From Ptychomitrium polyphyllum (Eukaryota), in contig OZ316776.1 of the NCBI GenBank assembly GCA_973851085.1, positions 11,966,001 to 12,030,000 on the forward strand: a stretch of 64,000 bases of DNA, given 5' to 3'. The notes under the pieces are model-generated. The model did not search any database, was not told the DNA's origin, and saw only the letters and a program-made list of their open reading frames with translations. Shown here one piece after another: positions 15,801 to 26,440 of this stretch (positions are counted from its first letter, which is position 1; the number at the start of each line of letters is the position of its first letter). Made by a program: the position numbers and the translations under genes.

Positions 15801-17348
15801 CAAGGCTCAAATATATCTCTCAACGTGCATGAGCACAATAAGAAAGTATTTTCAGTTCAAACAGTAAGTAAAACTAATGTATAGGGCAGGTTCCAAGGAA
15901 AGTTTAGCCTCCACAACCTCGAGACATAACAGAATCCTTCGGAGATAAGGCAATGCCCACCTCAAGAGTGACGTCAGGGTTTATCTCTGCTAGAGTTTGC
16001 ACAGCTGCATCTGTCTTGGTCATTCCCGCCTGTAGACAGGAAAACCGTCAGTTATATCACAAACAACTGACTTGCTTTTACAAGCTCCAGCCTACTTCTG
16101 AAACACCCATGAAGCTGCAGATCATAATACTGTCGTAAACAGGCCAAGCTCCCTATGTATATCTCGAAGGATAAACACAAAGGATCGATTAAGAGGACAG
16201 GCGTTGCGGTCAACCATAAATCAATAACATGGGGCATCAGGGTTTAAGTGCTGCTCAATATAGATTTGAAAATTTATATTATAATGAGTAATATTGCAGA
16301 GCATGCCTGATCAGGCTTGAAGAAAAGCCTGTTCATGTTAGCCAGCTCAACAGTGTCGTAGTCGTAAAGCAGCAACCTGCCAATGCCGCATCGTGTGAGC
16401 ATCTCTGCTGCCACACTACCCACACCTCCAATTCCCTACCACATCCGCCAGGATTCGTTAATCCGACAGAGCCACAGCCGCAATTTAAAAGTTGGCAACC
16501 TTGACAAGAACTGAGGGAACCCAAGGACCTTCGAGGAGCTTGAGGGGCTCATTCGAAAAGCCAACGCTCCACCGATTTCATTTTCATTTCAAACAATTTC
16601 CGCACTGCTACCTCCCACTGCAACATGCATGCACTTCAGAACTTGAACTCACCACAATTGCAACGGAAAATTTGCGAATGTCTTCGTAGTTGTTAACAAT
16701 ACCCATGCGCTTCAGAGCCATGAGTCGGCTGTAAGGGTTACTGTCCACAACCTCTCCGCTCATTTCCTACAACCATCTCAAAACTTCCAATATAAGATTA
16801 AATGCAACATATCTTGCCAACGACATCAGCCATGTACATCCAACCGTGCCATCCTAAAATCAGAATACGAAATCCTGTAAACCGAAAATAAAACACAAAG
16901 AATTTCAGCTGAATACTAACACCCAAAATGCACAACATACGGGAAAACCTCTTAGTCAAAAAACCTCAAAATCCATTCAGATCACGATTTTCCAACCGTG
17001 ATCACAAAACCTAGTGCAATACCTTGATTTTAGGGCGTGCATTCGGGACCGACTGCGATTTCGCCAGAGCTGCAATCCGCTCGGCATGATCCTTGAGCTG
17101 CAATCAAACAGAAAAACCATCACACTTTCACCAAACTTACATGTGGATACTCAATGCAAGAAGCTCTACTCCACCATCAAACCCAGGAGCCAGGAGCGAG
17201 ACCCTAAACATGAACACCCCATGCAAGACCAGAGAGAAAGTAGACACACCAGCTTGAGCTCCGAAGAGCGCAGCGCATCCGCAACCGCAGCAGCTGGCTG
17301 TTGCAGCTTGTTGACAAGCGAGAGCAGCGCCTTCACCTCGTCCTCCAT
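12833..17348 (-). CDS. UBA5: Ubiquitin-like modifier-activating enzyme 5 (UFM1 E1), 14 exons, ~444 aa
   Basis: Phase-consistent exons (minus): 17250-17348, 17023-17097, 16653-16766, 16307-16435, 15961-16029, 15542-15697, 15224-15260, 14823-14905, 14557-14631, 14185-14259, 13831-13917, 13557-13681, 13205-13269, 12833-12978 (1335 nt). Translation has the UBA5 signatures [56 protein letters not shown], catalytic [20 protein letters not shown] and C-terminal [14 protein letters not shown]. Confidence 0.96.
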
Positions 17349-19655
17349 AGCGATCCAACTCAAGCACAACAGAAAAACCTCAACAATGGTGGCTATGGCG
17401 ATGGATCGCCGGCACAAAAGTCAATTAAGAAACCTTCACAAGTGCAGCTTTGACTCTCTGTTTTGCAGCCCCATACGGTCTTCACATACGACTACGATAT
17501 TGTCTTTCTGTTTCCTACTGTTACCCATACGGATACGGTTCTGCCTCCACGTACTATACTGTTCTCACCTAACATAACATGACAAACGTGCACTTACATC
17601 CATTAATGTACCCATCGCAAACATTACTGCTCCCGTACATTTCACTCCTGGAAATCACGATCTGCGTAGAATACTGCAGTCCACAAAGTCTACCCCTGTT
17701 GTAGATCTCAAAACGCAATTTGAACCTCGGTCGTAGATAATAACGGTTTTGGACGTGGTGTCAGTATTAATCACGTACATGAGGTGACTATTGTGCGTCT
17801 GCTGTGAGCAGTTTGTATTGGGACTTGGAAAAGTCTAATACCTTTAAGATTTGGTATTTAATCAACTAATGTGATTTCTTTTGAAATTTCTACAATTTAT
17901 TAAAAAACAATTTAGAACACGAAAATTTCACTTTTACCAATACTCAAAGCTTGCTAATCGTGTTAAGCACATCACAAAGACATTGATACATTCTATTACA
18001 ATACTAAACAAAAAAATTATAATTTATTACTTTTGAAGAAAATAAAAACTTAATTCTTCAACTTGATATTTGATCATATGGATTGAGATTTTATAAAAAT
18101 TGAGTTTACTAATGAATTAACTATTTAATTAAATAAGTTGATTCTATGTTTTGCTTCATATAATTGCAAAAATGCTACATCCTTCTATAATATTTTAAAA
18201 TTGGTATACAAATAATTAATATAATGTTTCTTTTTGTAATGATGAAAATTTTCAATATGTATAACTCAAAAATTGAGTGCAAGAGGGATTAAATTATGGT
18301 AACCTTAAATTATGTTTAGGAAGGTGCAAATTATTTTTTTTCTTCTTTCACTTTGAATAAGATAATATAACACAATTCCATGTATAAGATGCACAATATT
18401 TTTACAATTTTGTGCAAATTGCACATGGCATTAAAATAGTTGGAATTAAAAAAGAAGGTAATAAGTTTATTTTACTATTTTCTACAAAATAATTAGAATT
18501 TTGACCTTTTAAACAATATCTTATATGTAAATTTCTTTCTTTCATATTTTAATAATAATCAAAAATTTAAAAACATATAATAATTCAACAACATATTTTC
18601 ACTTTCAGAAAAATAAAAAGTATTTTTTAAGTACTCTTTAAATATAAAGCATTTTCAAACTATAAGCAAAAAAATCAATGTGTTGATCACTCATCTAAAA
18701 TTTTTATTTTGAAATTCTTTTAGAAAATTATTAAAGAATAATAACCAGTAAAAAAAATTTGAAGGTGTATATGACAAACACCATTTTCATTATGAATATA
18801 GTTAATGAAATTATTTTCAATGATAATTTTTATGATGAGAAAGTGACCTTCATCTATTTGTTTTTCTGCTTACTATAAACCAACTTCAAAACAAATCAAA
18901 TGCAATTTTAATTCATTGTCTTTGCAAAACAAATGACCTGTGATCAATATTCATTTTTTAAAAAGATAAACATTTCAAATCACCTTAATTATTGTAGGTA
19001 AAATACAATATTATGTGTTTAAAATTATAGCCTTGGAACTAATTGTGCATGGCAATTTTAGAAAAGCTATGATTTTAAAAAGAGGTCAAATTAGGAATGG
19101 AATAACTACTATATAAATACTTCAAAAAGGTTGGGACCAAATTATTCTATAACTTTTATGAAAATATGACTTTATATAATATAACATGTTTTTTCTTATA
19201 ATATTTATTTCACATTATCATTTCTTTTGCGTGTTTGCAATTATATAAGTTTGTGATTTGCATTAATTTACTTGCATTATAAATAAATTTTAAAAATACT
19301 TAAAAAATACTATATAATAAAATGTGATTTAATATTAATTATGTTGTTTGATTTAAAACTTGTTATAAGTACTTTTATCAATTATATTTACAAATATCTT
19401 TTGTTTGTAAATAAACTAATAACATTGCTTAAATAATTACTATATAAAACACCAAGTTACACTTTAAATGTATAAGTGTAATGTTTCAAAATCTTAGACG
19501 TTTGTGAATTTAATTTTGATATATATTTTTTAAATTATAAATTTGAATTAACAACATTGGTGCCAATGATTTTGGATATTCATTAAATCACGACATAACT
19601 TAGTTCAAAACATCATTGTGCTAATTCTTAACTCAGATTGGTGTTTTATGAGTTT

Positions 19656-19657
<2 letters not shown>

Positions 19658-19690
<33 letters not shown>
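19658..19690. repeat. (TA)n microsatellite
   Basis: Uninterrupted TA run visible in the sequence. Confidence 0.95.
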
Positions 19691-19696
<6 letters not shown>

Positions 19697-21363
19697 TATA
19701 AATATAGATTAAAATTATTTGAAAATCCATATAAAGGTTTAGACAAATAAATAAATTTTAATACTCTAGTGTAAATTAATTATTAATTAAAAAGACTTAA
19801 AGCACTTGAGTTCAAATATCCAATAATAAAATATAATTTTCATAAGATGTACATATATGGAATTGCAATAGGTTTAGTTTTTTGAAATAAACTAGTAAAT
19901 CCAATATAATAATTATATAACATATATATTATTAGTGTATATTAACTTTTATACACCTTATATAAATAATGGTGTTTGACTTAAAGTTTGTTTTATATAA
20001 GAAATAGATTGACTTATTTAAATTTAAGTTTCATCATAGAATTATATTAATATATTTTTCTAAAGTTATAAATACATATTATTTTAAAACATTTATAATT
20101 GTATTTTAAATTTATTTCATAAATGATATAATCAAGTTTTTAAATTAAATTAATATTTTTATTATTATTATTATCATCATCATCATTATTGCTAATATGA
20201 ACCTAAATAGAATAATTAACTTCTAATACAAAATAAACTAAAAATATATGAAATCAATATTTCAAGGTATCTAAAGAAAAATATTTCAAGCTTAAGTTTA
20301 TTAAAAATTCTTTAATTCTTTCAAGCTTTTTAATACATACACACAAGAAGATATGATGCTCCAATGTTTTATGATTATAAAATCAAACATAACACAATAA
20401 CAACAAACATGAATATAATATCTAAAACTTTTGTTAATTATTAAGCATATTATTCTCAAATTTTGGAGTTTAAAATAAATCTAAGAAATTTTTCTTGAAC
20501 AAATAATATCCTCGTGTTCATACGAATTTTTTCTTAAAATAATTTAAAAAAAATAATACTATAGCTACCATATATTTGAATCAACGACAAACTTTAACAT
20601 TACATTATTTGTGAAACTTCATATTTTAAACAGTTAAATAAGTATCTCATAAGTTAGATCCACAATGACAATCCAATACTTTGAAAATCAGCGCTGAATT
20701 TTAGAATCGTGATTCCGCTTGCGTAGTAACTGAAATGAACACTAAAACGTAATACTTAAAAGTAAAAAACATCAAAAAGTGAAGGTAACAGCTGTCGCGA
20801 AAGGACGCGGAGCAAGGGACAGGGATCGATGACGGCCGCGGACGACCCGTGCTGTCTTCATCCACCGCCCGGGCTGCGGTCAACATGGACGACGGGACTA
20901 CGGATGAGCCTGGATGAAAGAAGAACGGGTGATCTCGGATGAGGAGCCACGAAAGGCAACGACAGAGTCCAGCACTGACACAGAGCCCCCGGGAATACAC
21001 AGCCACAGGCTGGCATTTGCACCTACAGGGCATCCGCTCGCAGGCGTGCCAAGCGCCAGCGTCGAAGTGAGGAGAGGCTGCGCTGGGCACAGGAGCCACG
21101 CGACCAGGCTGGCGGCCAGGGTCACGGCGAGGCTGTCCCGATTCCCGTGCAGGGCAGGGTACGCGAGCGCATTGTCCCTAAGGCCGTGGAAGGGTGCAGA
21201 TGCGGGAAGATTCGTCTCTACTCTTTAGCGACACTCATTGGCCACGTTCCAGTGAAAGTTGTTGCGGAGGGAGCCAGTGTTAGCTTCGGATTTGTGAGGT
21301 TGATCCGTGTGGATGTGTATATGTGTGTTTTGCTGGTCGCGTTTCGGATTCGTGTTTGATTAC

Positions 21364-22011
21364 TGGCAGGTTGGGACGCAAATGAGGTGGTGATGGTGAT
21401 GATGATGCGTCTTTCAGATGGAGGGTGGAGTAGACGATAGGTGGACTGGCGCTGCGTTGAACGAGGAGCTCTGGCGGAGAGTTGTTGCGAGGCCGTCGAG
21501 CGTGGCATTGTGTGACCTAGCGTCGTGCGGGTTGGCGATCCCCTGGGATGGCTAGGTCGTCTCTTTATTTTGGTATTGCAGGTGTATCTCGGGGTGCGGT
21601 ATCTTGTGAGGTGTTTTGAGCTGCAGCGCGGATGCCTGTGGTGGTCGCTGTGGCAGTTTTCGTGGACACTGGCTTGCGATCGTAGTTTGGAGGGTGCGAG
21701 AAGCGGTCAGCTCATATCCAGAGTGTGAGGGACGCGGATTGGTATCCCACAGGGCGCCCTGGTACGGCGCGGTGCGTGAGCGTGGGCATCGATACGTGAG
21801 GCTGGTGAAGAGGCGTTTTATGCGCAGGGAGCAGCTATGGACGACTACATGCGGGAGATGGTTGACCTTAAGACGCTCGTTACCAAAACCTTAGAGAAGA
21901 AGGGCGTGCTTGCGAGAATTCGAGTATGTTTCTCCTCTTGCCTCTCGATGCCAGTTCGGTGGAGACATGTGACCTATCTCATTTGTTCGTTTTCAGGGTT
22001 GTGAGACGATG
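21364..22011 (+). repeat. Outer inverted-repeat arm, left (~650 bp, near-identical to 33885-34531)
   Basis: Reverse complement of 33885-34531. ORF-track entries mirror exactly (21525+34370=55895; 21616+34279=55895). One 1-nt indel seen in intron 1. Confidence 0.95.
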
Positions 22012-25000
22012 TACTTCTTTATCGAGAGCGTGAGCTGGTCCTTCATGGGAATTGTTGCAATGGCATAAGCTGATCACATTCAACAGTTTTAGGGAGTTTA
22101 GGTCGTTGGGGACTTAGTGTGAGCTGTCACCATGTCTCGCACCTGGGTCTCTACCAACCACATTGCATTGGAGCGTGGCCTTCTCGGTGTTTCGCACATC
22201 CTTCACAAACATCGGATATGGGCATTTTTAATTTATTGAAACGTCTGTGGCATACTTTATCGCTTACTGGACTTTTCTTAACGAGTGGTATTTAACCTAA
22301 ACGTGTAGATGGCAAATAGGGTTTAAAATGGACGTTTTTCTGCACTTACTGGCAAGAAGAGGGTGCGCGGCTCATCTTCAGGGTGTTATCAGCAATTTAA
22401 ATGCTTTAGAGTGGCAGTAGAGATCTCGCTTCAGGAAATTAGCCAGTGGAAGGTTTGCGAGGAAGATTGTTTCACCATTTGACATTGAGGATTTTGATTT
22501 GCGATAAATAATGCTAATCCAAATTGTTCGAGCTCAATACACAGGACAATGCACGATGTAATAACAGCTATTTAGTCGATAAAAACATCCCAGGAATGTC
22601 ACACTAAGATGTATTGCTTTTGGAAATTAAAACTATTGCTTGTAAAGGTATACATGAATTTGATATACTGACATAATTTGCAATGGTTTCAGGCGGAGTT
22701 GAGGGCAAATGTCTTTCAGGCCATGGAAGAACAAGACCACGAGGCAGAAAGCAATGGGTCCACAACATTTTCCTTGCTTGGAACGTGCAATGAGCGGGCA
22801 AAGAAACTGCATACTTCTACTTCAGGCATGTTACATGAATCATTTTTAAGGCCATGAGTCTGTCATTAGTCTTTAAATTAAGTCGGCACTCTCTTGATTT
22901 CTAGTCTTCTCAGATCTGTTGTTGTTGTCTAGTTTTTGTCATGTCAGTGTAGGTACCAGGAGTGTGTATGCTGGTATATGTAGTTGTTTTGCTTGTTTTG
23001 CTTGGGCTACTTCAAGGGCCGCATGAGGTTCATCGTGCCTACATATTGTGCCCACTTTTGTGAGTAGCGCTTCTGTTTATTGACCCGTTTTTGATGAGCA
23101 GGCAAGTTGTTGACGGCATTAGTGTGCGAGTATATGGAGTGGTGTGAGTTGGAGCACACGTTGAAGGTTTATATGCCTGAGCTCAACCAGGTATGGCTGT
23201 CGATCAACTGAAGAGCTTGCGTCAGACGTTCATATGAACAGGATACAATGTTGTCTATGAAAGTTTCACATTTTGCTCACGTAATACTCTTGTGGTGTAC
23301 AGCCCAGGGCTTACAGTAGAACCGAATTGAAGGATATTTTGGGACTTGCCGGTGAATCAAAGGCAGACAGTCAGGACTCTCAGCCTCTGCTGCTGACCCT
23401 GTTGAAATCTTTTCTCAATGAGGTAGGTCGGATAGTTCGCGGTAACGTCTGTCAGCACAATGTTAGATTACATGATTCCCACGAAGTTATCAGCTCTCCA
23501 AGTTTACCTTGATTTGTGGTTTCCGCACTTTATGTTTTCTGGGATGCTGATCTAAGTCAATGTTACACAGCCTTTTCTTGAGAAGTGCATTTTCCTGATA
23601 TAGAAGTTGCACATGCGTGAGACCGAAGTCAACCTACTGTAGTCATTGCTGACGTTGTATAAATAGTGCAACAGATTTTTGGTGCTTTTGTCTGATAGTT
23701 TTCTCTGGAATGCCACTGCCTCATTTAAATTGTTGGCGTGTATGTAGAGAAAGGATGCATCAGTTACAGGACCTGCTGCGCAAGTGAAACATTCACGACG
23801 TGGGGCAGCAGGAGAGTCCAGACAGTTTAGCGGAAACTCCTCCAGTGTTGTGGAGCCTTCTGAGGCTTTTGAGGCACTTGCGTCCATGTCCAAGTAAGAT
23901 CACCTTAGCTATCAGGTTCGCACGTGTAAAAATGTGATTTTTATTTGTCCGATGTCTGCTCTTGCGCAGGTGCGTTGAGAATTGTTCGTGAACTAACACA
24001 GTGAGAGTTGATTTTTTGCAGCATGAAGTTATCCGAAAAACCTGTGGGAGGTTCACATGATAGCTCGTTCCAAAGTCACTCTGAGGCTGAGCTAGTTGTA
24101 AGTCTCAGCTTTCTTTGTCTTTCTTCATCCTAGATTCCTTACTCTGAACCTTATCCACATTGTCGTGATGCTTTATCCTAGCTTGGTGCTGTCTCCATTC
24201 GGTTGCTCAAGCCCTCTTCGTCCGATTTTGACTCAGTTTTGGTTTCTGTTCCCCGCACTTTCCGGACGGGTTCTTTGGTATGAATAGCACAACGGCTACC
24301 CCTAGCATGAGCTTTGTGAAGGACTTAACTACTCCTGTTCTTCATGCATACCTGCAAGTCGTTCTTGGATGTCATTGAGCGTGGCAATGGCGTAATGAAG
24401 TCCTCTGTCCGGTTTTTCTTGTCGGTTTGCAACTGGAAACTGTAAAAGTGTGCTGGGGACATGACTAGTTTGTGTGCCCTACTTGAGGGCACGCCTGTGG
24501 AGGGCGTCGTGAGGGTATGTGATCACTCGGACAGCAGGCTAGGAGGTTGTGTAGGATGCGTTGGGTGGGGTTCTTTTCACAGAGAAATCTGGTGCGCGCT
24601 TGTGGCACACATGTGGAGTTCTTCGAGCTGGAATTTGAAGGAAATAAATGTGGCCTTACGTTGAGTCGTGACGGAATGCAGGGGAGTGGTAACGATGGCA
24701 TGATGAGTCCAAGAGTTCCTGATGACGGTCAGAAGCTGTACGAGAAGCCTTCGAATCGGGCACAGGCAATCTTGGCCGACTTCCCACAGCACAGGCGGAG
24801 CAGCGGGTACGTTATGAGTTGATTTGCGAGCGGGTCGGATGCCAAAGTCAGGTCTTGGTGACCATCTGTGTACGTTGATGTTAGGCTCCAGGCGCTTTGC
24901 CGTCGTTTTGTATCTGACCGTAGTGTTTTCGCTTGCCTGGCAGGGTGCCAGCATTTAGTGGTGGCTCTCGGTCGGGTCCCAATAGCAGAGGGAGCAACAA

Positions 25001-26440
25001 TGGTTCAGCAAGTGATCAACAGACCGGTGAGTGGGAAATTTTGAGGGAGACTTGTAGAGGCGTTCGGGCATCGAATAGACGTGACGTGGACGCGCTGGTT
25101 TTGGGTTGCACCGTGGGGTTGCAAGAACACGGATGTGTTTGGTGTTCTTGTGTGGTGAGTATCCATGTGGTGTTAGTGACAATGCGGGAGATGTTGGAAT
25201 GTTGCTGCAGCTGTGGCTGGCGTGGATAGTGGAGGAGCGTATCCGCGAGGGTCGAGAGATAGGGACAGCGACGGTAAGAGAAGAGAATACTCGTGGAGCG
25301 AGGAAGATGGTTCGGTGAACAGGAAGAAAGAAGGTGGTTGGAGGGATCAGGATTATGAGAACCCGTACATGAACTCGGCAGCACGCAGTGAGAAAGGGGA
25401 CGGGAAGAGCCAAGCAGGCGAAGATAGCGCGAGGTAAGTTCCGAGGTGCAAGTAACGGTTGGTCTGAGATGATTGATGCGCACGAGGTTGGTTTACGTGG
25501 ACTCACGACATGGGTTGGTTGGTGGCAGTCAAGCGAGAAGGAACTCGTGTGTGGAGAACTCGAGCAAGGCTCTGGGCAGTCTTCATTTGGGTGAGTTGCT
25601 CGGGGATCTGTGCCCGATGGAAAAGCGTAAACGGTGACTCTGCTGTGTAGAACAGTATGTGTAGGACGCTGATAGGATGGTTGAGGCCATATTCTGGTTT
25701 GTGATCTTTGAGTGTAGTTGGAGGCTGTACGTGTGGCTTGAACTGCGTTTGCTGCAGTTACGGCTGTCGGCCCAGTTTTGTCGTGGCCTTACACTGGTGT
25801 TCGGGGTGGCCGATGATACCTGATGACGCCAGTCAGTATCATCCTCGCGGATGTGAGTGAATTAGAGGGTGGATACAGGGACTGTGGATTAACAGAGGTT
25901 GTGAACTTGCAGACGATGATAGCGCTTCGGAGTTTGGAGGGCGTCAGAGCTCTGGGTCTAGGGAAACACCGACAGGCCAACAACGGCAAGCAGCCCCAAG
26001 AGAGATTGGTTCGGCGGCAGCCAGGTGTGGTGTCAGTTTCGAAGCTTCCTATGTACTCCATTTTCTCTACAGCATCTTTAGAACACAATTGAGAAAACAT
26101 TTTACCGTTTGTTTTTGAGATGTGGCTGAGGTTGCTGGCTTGAGGACTCGGGTGTTCACATATGCAGGATGGTCTGGGTGCTCATACTGTTTGGTTATTT
26201 ATGTTACGATGTTGTTGAGAGCGTTACGTCGGTTGTCAATCTGAAAAGCAAGTACATTTTTGTTTGTTTGTGGACTTGATCGAGGTGTGCCATCGTGACC
26301 AGCCAGTTGATTTTGTTGTTACTGTGCATGAGTATGATTTTTGAGATATGTGTGTTTGTGCGATTTGTAGTGCGGCGAATAAGAAACAAGCTTCAGCATA
26401 CTTTTACAGCGACAGCGAAGAAGAGAATGCTCCCGAGTAA
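21837..26440 (+). CDS. TON1-like: TONNEAU1/FOP-family (TOF-LisH-PLL) protein, copy A, 12 exons, ~441 aa
   Basis: Exons 21837-21923 (MDDYMREMVDLKTLVTKTLEKKGVLARIR), 22693-22825 (AELRANVFQAMEEQD...HTSTS), 23102-23190 (GKLLTALVCEYMEWCELEHTLKVYMPE, LisH), 23303-23422 (..SQPLLLTLL.., PLL motif), 23748-23893, 24022-24097, 24682-24806, 24944-25026, 25211-25433, 25529-25590, 25913-26024, 26371-26440 (ASAYFYSDSEEENAPE*). All phases join in frame (1326 nt). The N-terminus matches the angiosperm TON1 start as I recall it, MDDYTREMMDLKTLVTRTLEKKGVLAKIRAELRA. Exons 1-6 and 12 are supported by conservation between paralogues; exons 7-11 only by splice signals and phase. Confidence 0.9.
24094..26075 (+). 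repeat. Inner inverted-repeat arm, left (1982 bp, near-identical to 29637-31618)
   Basis: Mirrored ORFs share the coordinate sum 55712, so no net indels. Only one substitution spotted (25408 A vs 30304 C, Ser/Gly). Confidence 0.97.

Noticed and set aside
17014..17577. 187-aa plus-strand ORF
   Set aside because: Antisense shadow of UBA5 exons 1-2 and its promoter.
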